Numbered from the stretch's first letter, positions 34,838 through 46,168 are shown. The stretch is DNA of 64,000 bases from Eutreptiella sp. 'Long Island Sound 2002' (GCA_964036045.1 OZ038378.1:77934001-77998000), one strand, 5' to 3'. A program made the numbers and translations. Notes: generated by a model not told the origin, from the letters alone.

Positions 34838-36409
34838 TTACGGTGCTGCTGCAGCCACCAAATGGACCAACACGTCCTTGACATCCAAGGAAATGTTCTT
34901 TTTCCTTAGATAATCCACCCAGACCGTGGTATACCTCGGCACAAAACTGCTCAGAGGCTCCCACGAATCCCTGGATGCGGCAAATCCCTTCCAACGGACT
35001 TTATAAAGCCTCCCCCCAGGCGTCCCTGGGTCTGGCCTGTCCGTCAGGATCTTCTCGGCGGTGAATTCGTCGTCCTCACCCTCGTCATCCGAGTCCACAC
35101 CGCCGGCTGTGAAGTCGAAGGTGACGGGACGTCCGCTGGGGTTTGGTGCTCGGGGACGAAGCTGGGTGTGGTCGCGGTCAAGGATCTTGTTATCCCCCAC
35201 ACGAACGGCATACACATCCTGCCCGACCTTCCGAACGATTACCCCCAGCACATACCAAGACGCCTGCCGATGCCTGGACAGGACATCCTTGTGGCGCCGC
35301 TCCACCCATACCGTGTCTCTGAGAGCATATTTCTGGACTTTTCCCTGCTTGAAGTACTTGGCCCTCTTCTCATGCTCGTCCTGAAGTGCTTTGCACACCT
35401 TGGCCGCCGTGTCGTCCGCCTCAGCCATCATAACACTCGCATCCCGGGCCACTTTGCCATGGTTCAACCACGGAAGAGTGCGTGACACTCGATCCCGTAG
35501 GAGCAGATTGCGATGGGGCGACAGTCCAGTGGGCCCCGGAAGGTCCCGGTACGCCTGGAGTACTCTCCACAGCGAATTGTACCAATTACGGCACGGTTTG
35601 TCAATGTGCATCTGGCGGAACCTTTCCAACATCTGCCGCCCGGCCACCTCAGCCCAGCCATTCGACCGGCTATGGTACGCCACGGTCTTGGCTTGCCGAA
35701 TCCCCATGTGCTTGCACATCGTCTTGAACCACGTCCCCACAAATTGACTGCCCCAATCGCTGCAGATGACAGCTGGGACATCAAAAATCGTCAGCCAATG
35801 CCTGATCGTGGCATTAGCGACGGTCTTGGCCTGCAGACCCACTCCTTGCTTGTCCTTCTTGTCCTTCTTCTTGGACTTCTTGCCAGGGACCGCCACAATA
35901 TACCCGCCGTGCCTATCCACCGCCAAGATGACACAGTCGTAGGTCTCTCCTTCCACGGTGACCTCAGGCATGGCGAATACATCCATGGCCACGGACCGCA
36001 TAGGGGCCTCCGGTATAGTCATATACACCGGGTTGCCCGCTGTGGAATTGTTGGGGCTTTTCGTGGCCCGACACACGACGCAGTCGCTGCAGTACTTGTC
36101 CAGGATGGCGTAGTAACCCGGTGGGAACTTGAAGCGCCACTCCAGGTCCTGCTGCATGTTGTCCCGACCAGGATGCATGAGCTGGGCATTATGCCAGTGG
36201 TCAATGAGCTCCTCCATTTGGTTCTCAGGAACCAATGGCTTGTCCTTGAGGAAGAATTTATCTCCATCCTCGGTCAAGCTCTCAGGCCATTCGTCGTCCG
36301 ATGGGGCGCTCACGGCATTCCAGTACCTGCTCCAGTGGTCGGATGCCGCATAGTCATCCGACCAGTCCTCTGGTAGCACCGACCTGACTAGCTCTACGGG
36401 GGCCACCAT
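34838..36409 (-). CDS. Gypsy-1 integrase plus chromodomain (open 523 aa segment of pol)
   Basis: HHCC (H...HPG...CVVC), D (AMDVF), D (SDWGSQF), E (WAEV); chromodomain EFTAEKIL...YKVRWKGF...DSWEP. Confidence 0.95.
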   Translation of the reverse strand: MVAPVELVRSVLPEDWSDDYAASDHWSRYWNAVSAPSDDEWPESLTEDGDKFFLKDKPLVPENQMEELIDHWHNAQLMHPGRDNMQQDLEWRFKFPPGYYAILDKYCSDCVVCRATKSPNNSTAGNPVYMTIPEAPMRSVAMDVFAMPEVTVEGETYDCVILAVDRHGGYIVAVPGKKSKKKDKKDKQGVGLQAKTVANATIRHWLTIFDVPAVICSDWGSQFVGTWFKTMCKHMGIRQAKTVAYHSRSNGWAEVAGRQMLERFRQMHIDKPCRNWYNSLWRVLQAYRDLPGPTGLSPHRNLLLRDRVSRTLPWLNHGKVARDASVMMAEADDTAAKVCKALQDEHEKRAKYFKQGKVQKYALRDTVWVERRHKDVLSRHRQASWYVLGVIVRKVGQDVYAVRVGDNKILDRDHTQLRPRAPNPSGRPVTFDFTAGGVDSDDEGEDDEFTAEKILTDRPDPGTPGGRLYKVRWKGFAASRDSWEPLSSFVPRYTTVWVDYLRKKNISLDVKDVLVHLVAAAAP

Positions 36410-39221
36410 GCATTGCTCGAGGGTTTCCTCTCAAATAGCTTGGACTCCGGCGCCCCGGAACTTGGCCAGGTCTGTACGGTTTGCCGTCACCACAAAGCGC
36501 TTGACCCCCTCTTGCTCCATGGCCTTCTCCATCTCGATTTGCTTTTTGCACTGAACGGCGCCTGCTGATGGCTGGCCACGCCGCCTTCTCCATCTCGATG
36601 ATGCGCTTGGCCTCCTCGGTCTCCTCGGTGTCCCCATGGCTGGATATGTCCATCCATGGCTTGCCCGCGGGGTAGGCCCAGCGACTGAGGCAATCCGCCA
36701 CAGTGTTGTCCTTCCCCGGGACGTACACGACGCTGAGGTCGAACTTGGCGAACGTCTCATGCCATCGGGCCCTCCTTGCCGCCGGTTCCGAGGGGGTGTC
36801 GACGTGCTCCTTGTGCCAGCTCTGTACCGACTGATGGTCCATACTAACCACCACCAGTGGTAATCCGATGTGGCCAGACCACTTCCTGAGCGCACAAACA
36901 ATGGCGTACGTCTCCTTCTCCCTCGCGATCCAGGTTCGACGTTGGCCCTCGGCGAGGATCCGGCTCCAAAACGCCACGGGTACGTGCGACCCGTCATCCC
37001 GGACCTGCTCGAGGACTACCCCTACAGCAGAGTCCGGGGCGTCCGTCCGTAGCACAAATCCGTTGTCCGGGTCCACCAGGAATAGCCCCAGCTGCCCCAG
37101 GAGTTGCTCCTTCAGGCGGCTGAACGCATCTTCGGCCTCAAGGGTCCAGGCAAGCTTCTTCTTGCTCCCCTTCCGGCCATCGAACTTGCCCACCTGCAGC
37201 ATCTTGTGCAACGGCTCCGACAGTTCTGCATACATCCGGACATAGCCCGAATAGTAATTGCAGAACCCCATGAAGGATCGGAGTTCGCTGATGGTCTGGG
37301 GCTTCTCCCAGTGGTGCAGGGACGCCAGCTTCCCAGGCATGGGACGGCGTTGCCCGTGACCAACCACGTGACCCGCGAACTCCACTTCCCTCACGAAGAG
37401 TGAGGCTTTGGTGGGCTTGCACACCATGTTGTGCTTGTCCAGCTCGCTGAGCACTCGGCGCAGATCCTTCTGATGCGCTTCGATGAGCTCGTCCTCAGTC
37501 ATGTCTTCCGTGCCGGACCCGATGATGATGTCATCCACAAAGGGGTCGGCACAGTCCCGGACAGGACCGAGTATGTCCTCCATCATGCGCTGGAAAGCGG
37601 CGTTGCCATTCTTGGCGCCCATAGGCACCACTTTCCACTGCATGGGCCCCAGCGGCGTGGACATGGCTGTGCAGGGCCTGGAGTCCGGGTTCAGCGGCAT
37701 CTGGTGATAGCCGTGTTTCAGGTCTAACACCGTGAAGATCCACTTTTTTTGTTGTTTTTGGAGGATGGTGTCGATCAGAGGAAGGGAGTACGAGTCGTGC
37801 TTGGTTTGCTCGTTCAAACCTCTGTAATTCACCACCAACCTCCACTCGCCCTTCTCTTTCTTGGGCACGATAAAGGCTGGGCTGGCCCACTCACTGTCGG
37901 AGGGTTCGATCCAGCCCCGCTCAATAAACTCGCCCAACAACTTCTTCATCGCCTCGGCTCGATTGCCCTGAAGTTGGTACTCCCGATGACGATAGATCTT
38001 GGGGTTTGGCTTCAGCTTGATCCTCGCTGTGCCAAACCTCCCACGATCTGGAGGGTTCTTGTTGGCGACGCCACTGAAAAGCTGCGGATAGGCATTTATC
38101 AGCCTCTCCTTCAGCTCGGCGACCTTCGGGTTCTCCCAGGCCTCTTCAGCCGCTTGCTTCGGTATCGATACAACGGACCGCACTGCGGTATAGGCCTTAT
38201 CCGGGTCCGAGTCCGACTTCTCCTCGTCCGATATGCCACCTCCATCGTCGTGGGGTGCACTTCGCACCGATAATCTTCGGAAATTTGCGGCATCAGCCGG
38301 GTTGTTGTCGCTACCGGCCCCCATTCTTGGAAAATCCCACGTCGGCGGGTCCAACCTAACCAGACCATCATATTGTTCCGCGATGTGATCCATGACCCTC
38401 GCCACGAACTCATCCCTCTCGTACTTGCCGGTGACCAACATCTTGTCATCCCACCAATGCAGAGATGTGACCATGGCCCGCCTCTTCTTGGCTGCCACAC
38501 GGTCAGCTTGCACCGCTTGGACGATCCGATCCTCCTCCTCAGCATTCCATGGACATGATCCGCATGCATAGTCCGTGGACAGCCATGTAACACATTCATT
38601 ATCCTCCCAGACCAGCGTTGCACGATGGGGAAGGGATTCAGTGAAGTCATACCCCATGATCATATCCCGATCTGTAATGGCGGCCACATAGAAGTTCCCG
38701 GATAGAGTGCTTCTCTTTGCCATATCAGGGCGGTTCAAGCGCTCATGCTCCCAGAATTCCATACTGCTAGTGGCCTCATGGGTGCCACCACCCATAATCT
38801 CTCCATTGGCCACCTTCAGGCGTACCGGTCTACGGCTGGGCTGCAGGGATTCCTCCTTGAACAACCCTCTCCGGACCAGGCTCACCTGGGCACCCGTATC
38901 CACCAAAACATCCACAACCAACTCCTCTTGTCCGCACCGTACACGCACCTTCAAGTGCAACTGCCGCTTGTCACCATGCGGTGTATGGACAACTCTCACG
39001 GCATGCAACTCTAGCACATCCGGGTGCATCAGGACTTCCAGAGTATGGTCACGGATGGTGTAGATCCTGGGCTGGTCCTGCCCGTCCATGGGGCTCTCCG
39101 TGGTGGCTCGTTCTTTCTTGCCACGTCCCTTGCCCACATACACTTTCCTTGGTAGGGCGCTCCAGGGGTTGGGAGTGGCGAAGCTCAGTGGTTTCGGCTC
39201 TTCTGGAGCCTTCTTTGGCAC
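36354..39221 (-). pseudogene. pol: Gypsy-1 pol: aspartic protease, RT, RNase H; frameshifted near 36540-36600
   Basis: VLVDTGAQ; WASPAFIVPKK, LDLKHGYHQ, FVDD; RTDA...EKETYAI...DNTVADCLSR. Confidence 0.95.
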
Positions 39222-39302
39222 CCGATGTGCCTTCGCTTTTTCTAGGATTCCACTGGATTTCGGAGGAGAGGCCTCCGGGGTCCCACTCCCGTGAGGGCTC
39301 CT

Positions 39303-42083
39303 CTAGACGTGGCCTGCCGCAGCCCCCTCCTGCTGCGATCCGCTCAGACTTTGTCCACCACGTTGCTGGGCTTTGAGTTCCTCCAATGTCCTCAACATGT
39401 CCTCAGCAACCTCCTCGATCGACTTCACGCGTCGGTCTGGGCTGGGTCCTCCACCATAGCTTTTTCCTCCGCCTTTCTCATGGCCCTTTCCTTGGCCTTC
39501 TCGACCGTCTCCGCCCTTTGCCTTCCAATCGGCAATTCGTTGCTCGTTGGGCTTCTTATCGGGATGGGCGGCGAAGTAGGTCTTCTTGTCTTCCTCATAT
39601 ACCTTGCAATGCCGGTTGTCATGTGCATGGTTGTTCCCCTTGCCGTAGCAGACCCCGCAACCGTCGTGCTGTGATCTGTACTCGCAGAACGAGAGCGGCG
39701 GGTTCCCGATCCTCCGAGGTTCCTTGCGGCCTTTGGTCCTTGGGTCCAGACGGTTCCGGCTGGACCTGTTCTGCCCATGCTCCTTTATATTGTGCGCTAC
39801 AAACGCGAAGAAGTGAGTTTCTTCCTGATCCTCTCGGGTTATCGCGGTCCAGAGATTTTGGCCGCTTCCACTCCCTTCCTCCGGGGTGCCGACCGTGTCC
39901 TCCTTGACCTCGCGGTGTTGGCAACCTTCCCGATGACCTCGATGTCCATGGCCCTGTCGAGCCTGCACGTGGGCCTCGCTCTTGGCGTTGAGCTTCAGCT
40001 CCACCGTGATGTACTTCAGGATCTCGTCCAGGCTCATGCGGGCGAAGATGACCTGCATCCTCAGCGGCTCTCCGCGCCTCCACTCCGCGTTGTTGAGGCG
40101 CATCAGCCTTTGCCCCATGGTGTCGCCGAATACCTCCACGTAGACGGCGTTCTTAAACCCCAACATTCGGCTGGGCTCGCCGAGGTTTCGCCGGAAAAAC
40201 TCCATTATTCCGGCGTGGGTGTCCTCCGATGCCATGATCCGTACGGCCACGCGCTTCTTTGCTCTCTTCTTCTCCTCGTCCTCCAGCCTCCTCTTCCAGT
40301 GGCCGGGGAGGACGTCCTTCAGCAGGTGTCGGATCTCGCTGGACTCGTTCCAGTCCTCCACAAGCTTGAGGCTTCTTCGGTACTTGCGGATGTACCAATT
40401 CCATTCCCGGACCCCGCAGTCCCCGCGCTCCAGCGGCAGCGGAATGGACCACAAATCCTCCAACTTCTGGTTGGGGGCGTCCACTCGCTCCTCGTCCTCC
40501 AGCCACTGGAGGCAGGCCTGCTCCGTCTGGATCAATCCCTCGCGGATCTGATCACTGAGCTCCTCCTTCAGGTCCTGTGCCAGCCGGTGTGGGAATGTCC
40601 GACTTACCCACTTGTCCCTTGGCGCTCCCTTCATCTCGCTGATGACCTCATTGGCGAAGTCCTCCCAATCCAGGATGAAGTCATCCAGGTTGGAGGGGTT
40701 GCCATCGTAGTAGGGGATTTTAATTCCCCTGAGGTCGTCAATCCTGATGGCGTCTCCGACGTCCGCAGCCACCACTCCACCGAGATGGATACCACCTGTG
40801 GCCGGGGGGTGTGAGTAGACTCCCCGTACATCCCTCTCCTCCATGGAGTGCGGTCCAGTCGGGCCTGAACCCATGGGGTTTGGGATGCGGGAAGGACTTG
40901 CTCCACCGGCTGTCCATATCCCCGTAGTGGGGTCCTTCACCCACAGGTTTCTGCCTGGATGGCCTCGACCATGTCCCTCGGCCCTTCCGATGGTTCGTCC
41001 CTGCATGGTCTGGATCTCCTCTTCCGCATAAACTGCATGGGCAGTCATAGCGGTCGGTGGATCCTGGGCGGCATGGGACATCTGTACTGTCAGGCTCCTC
41101 AGGTCCGTGGTTGCGTGCTCTTCCTGCATGAACCCTGCCGGTGCCGTATGCTCCGCGAGCATTATGAATTCGCTGAACATGGGAACATACGGCAGCGCAC
41201 CCGGGTCAACACGCGGAGGCGCGTATGGTGCCTCTGCAGGGCCGCCCATGGGTTTCTCCATGGCGCTCCTGAGGGTCTCAACCTGCTCCACCAGCTCTGC
41301 CGTTGCCGGCCTTGCCGTGAGCTCCGGACCCGAGGCGAGGGGTTGTAACTCCTCTAGCCTTTTCAGGCGTCCCGACATGTCCTCCACCAGGTGGAGGAGG
41401 CTGTCCACCACTCGCTGCTGCTTCTGCAGGGCCATCTCCAGCTTCTCCAGGTACCGGTCCTGCTCCGCTCGCAGCTCCGCCCTGTCTCTCTCCGCTTCCG
41501 ACTGGTCATCCAGGATCCCAGCAATGTCCTCCCCTAAGGCGTCTATCTGGTTGTCCAGGCGGTCGAGGTGCTGCACGATCGCGTCCATCCCCATCTTTGG
41601 GTACTTGCAGATGAGGAAGGATGCGTGCTCGCAGTGGCACTCAACGTGCTTTCCACCTGATCCGGCGCATCCCGCGGTTCCTGGCGCCTGGGACTCCTCC
41701 GCCATGGGTGTGTCGCCCATGTTATCCCGCGTTGGTTCCGTGTGCCGGGCCACAGGCGCCATTCTGGCTCTGGTAGGCCTCTCCAACGCCTCAGCTTCAT
41801 GCTCCAGGCTGGGTTCGGGGGCCGTGTGCGCCCTTGTGGTCGGTATGGCCATCTCCTCCGACTCCGAAGGGAAAGCGGTCTGATAGCCATCGGAATGCCC
41901 CTCGGAATCTGCAGCTGACCACAGCCTGACCGGGCTGGGATCCGTCTCCATCGCCCTGGCTTCCGCCGCGGGTTTTTGGGGACCCGCGCATCCGGTAACG
42001 CCGGGCCCTGCCATTGCTGCCGATCTCTTCCAACTCCTCCGCAGCGGAGCGGAGATTGCAGGCCTTGCGGCATTGCCTTTCAC
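39303..42083 (-). CDS. gag: Gypsy-1 Gag-like protein: coiled-coil N-terminus, capsid-like region, RRM-like domain, Cys/His knuckle
   Basis: IPYYDGNPSNLDDFILDWEDF capsid-type motif; CGVCYGKGNNHAHDNRHC. The true start codon is uncertain. Confidence 0.85.
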   Translation of the reverse strand: MKGNAARPAISAPLRRSWKRSAAMAGPGVTGCAGPQKPAAEARAMETDPSPVRLWSAADSEGHSDGYQTAFPSESEEMAIPTTRAHTAPEPSLEHEAEALERPTRARMAPVARHTEPTRDNMGDTPMAEESQAPGTAGCAGSGGKHVECHCEHASFLICKYPKMGMDAIVQHLDRLDNQIDALGEDIAGILDDQSEAERDRAELRAEQDRYLEKLEMALQKQQRVVDSLLHLVEDMSGRLKRLEELQPLASGPELTARPATAELVEQVETLRSAMEKPMGGPAEAPYAPPRVDPGALPYVPMFSEFIMLAEHTAPAGFMQEEHATTDLRSLTVQMSHAAQDPPTAMTAHAVYAEEEIQTMQGRTIGRAEGHGRGHPGRNLWVKDPTTGIWTAGGASPSRIPNPMGSGPTGPHSMEERDVRGVYSHPPATGGIHLGGVVAADVGDAIRIDDLRGIKIPYYDGNPSNLDDFILDWEDFANEVISEMKGAPRDKWVSRTFPHRLAQDLKEELSDQIREGLIQTEQACLQWLEDEERVDAPNQKLEDLWSIPLPLERGDCGVREWNWYIRKYRRSLKLVEDWNESSEIRHLLKDVLPGHWKRRLEDEEKKRAKKRVAVRIMASEDTHAGIMEFFRRNLGEPSRMLGFKNAVYVEVFGDTMGQRLMRLNNAEWRRGEPLRMQVIFARMSLDEILKYITVELKLNAKSEAHVQARQGHGHRGHREGCQHREVKEDTVGTPEEGSGSGQNLWTAITREDQEETHFFAFVAHNIKEHGQNRSSRNRLDPRTKGRKEPRRIGNPPLSFCEYRSQHDGCGVCYGKGNNHAHDNRHCKVYEEDKKTYFAAHPDKKPNEQRIADWKAKGGDGREGQGKGHEKGGGKSYGGGPSPDRRVKSIEEVAEDMLRTLEELKAQQRGGQSLSGSQQEGAAAGHV

Positions 42084-42270
42084 ACATGGAGGCCAGGTCC
42101 TCCATGTCTAGCATGTGTCCTACAAGGGCTCTCCGTCCTGAGCATCTTTGCTCTTCTCGGGCTTCCAAGTCCGGCGTCGACTCCACGGACTCCACGATCT
42201 GCACCCGGGGCGTCCTTGGGCAGGGCTGATGAGGGCCCAAGTCCCTGGTGCGGCGGTAGGGGGCAGGTAC

Positions 42271-42283
42271 TCCTCTGCTACCA
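42271..42283 (-). promoter_or_regulatory. Primer-binding site TGGTAGCAGAGGA (initiator tRNA-Met)
   Basis: Plus strand TCCTCTGCTACCA equals the 3' end of AGCAGAG-type eukaryotic tRNA-iMet; 9 nt from the LTR core. Confidence 0.88.
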
Positions 42284-42292
42284 TAAAGATTC

Positions 42293-42745
42293 TGAATGTC
42301 TGAAAAAATCAGATTAAATTTGCGAGTGTATAACATCAAAATTGCGGAAGCAACGAACTCTTTTCTGATGAAATCTGACTCTTCATCTGGGTTTCCGCTA
42401 AAATATCTGGAAATAACAGTTAACCAATCGGTTACCGCAAAATCGCGAGCCAACTGACAGTCGCCGATACATTGACAATCAGAAGGGATAGCTGAAAAAT
42501 TACGGGAACATTATGATAGAAAAACCCTGTTGATTACTGATATTCTGATATATAAATCTCAGCCGGCGGCGCCTCGGCATTGAATATGGCCGCTCATAGC
42601 TGGAATGGCCAAGCCTATCACACCATCACATCAGGTTAGGTCAGGTGAATGGGGGAGAATGATATCAGCCAATGGCGGCCTGCCGGCACATAGATACACA
42701 CCCCAAGTGACCCAACGATGGCCACGGGGGTGCGAACCGGCTTCA
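42293..42745 (-). repeat. Gypsy-1 5' LTR
   Basis: Direct repeat of 33991-34443, next to the PBS. Confidence 0.9.
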
Positions 42746-43488
42746 ACACTCAATCTCTTGGGAACCAAGCGGATGGGTGGCCTACCTCCACCGTCACGAC
42801 TGTCATGAGTTGTATGTCACTTCCCCTCCTGATGCCTTCCTGGGAAAGGTGGTGGGGTGACTGACGCTTTATTTTTCTGGGCTGTGGGAGCTTTGAAGTC
42901 CATACAACGTTGCGCAACGGATGTCGCCGCCGTTGACACTGCGAATTTGTATGTGATCTGGCCCCATGGCTTACTCAGGGAACAGATCGTGGGTGAGTGT
43001 TTGTGAGCTGCTGGCCTACGGGCACGCTTCTCCCCCATTCCCCCTCATGACACCTTATCCTGACCGGGGCATGGTTTGGTGCTCCTTACGGAGTGTGTTT
43101 ACATGCCTTTTGACGTGTGCTATGTCATTGCCTTTCCCTCCAGGATGCATGTCATCCCCTGTTTTTTTGCTCTGAATCACTGTTTAGACTTGTTCTCTCA
43201 TTCATCATTCCCTGGCTGCGCCAGAGGCTGTGAATCATTCTGAGGATCGCCATGGACATGTAGACACGGTCCTGCTGGACTACTATGGAAACACACATTG
43301 TTCCCATAAGGGACTCGGATCGATATACGAAGGCGACCGCGATCGCCGTGTACATTCTATTACATATGGTCCAGTTCGACCAGTACTTAAGTTCAGATTG
43401 TGCCTGTGATACTGTGTGTCCGTGACTGTGCCTGTGGCTAAGATCTCGGAGGTGGCAGGCTGAAAGTCCAGTTGTCTGAAGTGAACTC

Positions 43489-44701
43489 GTTTGAGGCTCG
43501 AAGCGAGTCAAACTCTTCTCAATCTCGAAAGTACGCATCAAGTACATACAAAACAAGGTCCTACTTGACTCCCTGCTCAAGATCAAGTCACTCAAATTGA
43601 TCGAATGGTTAGCCATCGGCTCAAAATCTATTAAATCAAACTCATACGTGCACTACAGACATACACCAACATGCATGTCGAAAAAATTCGCACAATTTGA
43701 CTCAATGGCACCTCGCATGAAGCTCCAGAAGTGGGTCCATACCATAGCCAAATATGGCTCTTTTGGGCGATGGATGGCAGCCCCACCAGGGATGGCCTGA
43801 CCCACCATGGTGATTAAATGAATTCCCAACGTCAAAATTGACTGACCGAAGATGAATTTGGGTCCGTGTACACCATGGAAAGAGATGCATACCTCTCTCT
43901 TCATGGGGCAATTCATGGTATTCTTGGAATCCTGTTTTTACGACTCAAACTCGATAAATCACTCATGACTTCAAAATCTACTTGCAACTCACAGATTCGG
44001 TTAGTATACAATTAAAGTAGACACTTAGGGCTTCCTCTGCATTTTACTCCAAAGGTTACAAAAGCAGTGGCTTAAAGATATGCCCTGCTGAAGTGACCCT
44101 ATGAAATGCATAAAAATGGCATGCCATGACTAGTCAAATGAGGGGCAAGAGGAAAGAAAGGCACTGCAAGGTGCCGGCGAGGATCTTTGACCTATTTAAC
44201 ATCTTATTTTGACTGGGCGTCATGTCGATGCCCAGTTTTTCATTTTTACCTCACCGGTTTGCGGTTTTTTGATTCAACTGTATAATTATGATCTTAAATG
44301 AAGCAACAGTGAAGTCAAATCAACGTTGCTGGCCTTTGTTAAATTTCGGTAAAGGCCAGTTCATGGTTCCGCGATTTTTGTCGCACAGGCGCCAAATGGC
44401 AGAGTTTACGCGCACTGGCGCGATGCCGGTTCACGCAGGCGCCGAAGCCAAAACCCAGGTCCTGTACCTTTGCGAATTTCACGGAAGCTCGCACACAAAT
44501 ATGACAAGATTTTGATTCCCTATGGATCGACGCAACAAAGAAAAAAAGTGCGCCTAGTCCCCTGAAGTTTCCCAAGGATTTCAAGTTTCGGAAAACTTGG
44601 AATGAGGACAAAGCACATATTTACACCTGAAGAGGGGGGGGTAAAGGGTGAGTAGTGGAGGACATAGGCGGGGGTTTTGAGGGGTTGTCTGACACCAAAC
44701 A
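43489..44701 (-). repeat. Gypsy-2 3' LTR-like repeat
   Basis: Direct repeat of 60047-61328 (more diverged than the Gypsy-1 pair, with indels); both end GTCTGACACCAAACA. Confidence 0.8.
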
Positions 44702-44712
44702 CTCCCCTCCCC
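44702..44712 (-). promoter_or_regulatory. Polypurine tract GGGGAGGGGAG
   Basis: Immediately precedes TGTTTGG at the LTR start on the minus strand. Confidence 0.8.
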
Positions 44713-46168
44713 AGCTCAGTGTACCCACTAAGGCGGAAGACACCACCAGGTGGTGGCAGACACAAAACAGACAAAGGGATGGGACAGGTGGGTGTAAAGT
44801 TGTCCTAAACGGGCGAAATATTTTTTACACTCCCCTCCCCAGACCAACACAGGATCCGAGTTGGCGCCTGCTCTCAATGAAAGACAGGTGGCTGCATCAG
44901 CTTTCCAGTCCCCTCCCCAGCTCAACGCCGGGGACCAAGTTGGCGACCACTCTAAAAAAAAAAGCTACGGCCAACTGGCGAGTTGGCAAACTATGTACAC
45001 AAGAGCTGAGGTGACTACCTGCAGTAGGCTTCCCAATTCCGCATATTTCCAAGAGTGGAAAGGCCCGCTTGCCATCAGCGGGTGAAAGAAAAGAAAAAGG
45101 TAGCCATTCTCAGCGCCGGCGAGCAGGACGAGAGAGAGATGGGATAGTACACAATAAAATACTATAAACTGCCTGACCCTCAGCACCAAACACAGAAACA
45201 GATCGGGGCCTCGTCATATTATGGTCCTGAGCTGTTTAACGTACCCTGGTGCGGACGTATGTGCGCTGGCGGTGGGAAAGGTAGCAGCAGGAAGGTGGTA
45301 TTCTCATACCCCAGGTACCTAGATGCCGAAGCACTCCAACGTACCCTGCTGGCGTTTGCAGTTCCCCATAGGCCAGTCCCCTTTGACAGTGCTTGCGCAC
45401 CAGTCTTAGTGCACATTATACCATGCAACCACCTGGCCTTCAATCACACGAAGGCCGAGAAAACAAGTCGCACACCCTGCTTATTCCGGGCTGTATGCCC
45501 GTTTAGACTCGGCTCTTCACAGCCATTCTGATGACCTGGCGAGCGCTGGGGGTTCACTGTATTGGCTGGCACTCTAGGCTGGAGCCACTCCAAGCCAATC
45601 CAGGTACATGACCCCAACTGCTGCCCCGCATCGCCCACGTGCAGTGCATTTCAGGACTCTGAGATACCCCAGGGCGTCAAGTCCAGAAATATCCCAGGAG
45701 CAGAAGGAAAGAGAGGTACTTCAGACCTGCAGGTCCAGAGATACCTCAGAGAGAGGAAAAGAGAGAGGGAAACACCATAGATGTCACCTGATTCACTGCC
45801 CACTGTAGGCCAGAGACCGGCTCTGGGGCTGCAGGGACATGCGGGCGGAGCTCAGTGATTGGAGGATCTGCCTGATTCACCCCTAAACTAGAAGCCAGGT
45901 AGGACAGTTTATGGACACCCTCAGGCTGGGCATCAGGACAGCAGATCAGTCAGTCCAGCCACAGCTTGTTTCCCTAAGGGAATCAGTGGACACCGTGATG
46001 TGGTGCCGCTGATTGTAGTCCAGCCAGTCTTTATTGATGTCATGCAGGAAAGCAGTGACGTCATGCCATTCAGGCCGGTCGAAACCCTGGTATTTGACTT
46101 TCCACCAAGGGTTGCCGCCTTCCAAGGGCTGTTTGGACTTCTTCGCTTCCCCTCGAACCTTACCCCGA

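Larger units (their letters stand above)
33991..42745 (-). mobile_element. Ty3/Gypsy chromodomain-bearing LTR retrotransposon (Gypsy-1), near complete
   Basis: Paired LTRs, PBS, PPT, gag, PR-RT-RH-IN-chromodomain order. No TSD identified. Confidence 0.95.

Noticed and set aside
43430-43515. tRNA-like or SINE-head sequence (GTGGCTAAG...CTGAAAG...GGCTCGAAGC)
   Set aside because: No convincing cloverleaf, acceptor stem or intact A/B boxes, and part of it lies inside the LTR-like repeat.
44713-45930. Extra (env-like or antisense) ORF in the long Gypsy-2 3' region
   Set aside because: Only short ORFs (90 aa or less), with no signal peptide, TM segment or motif.
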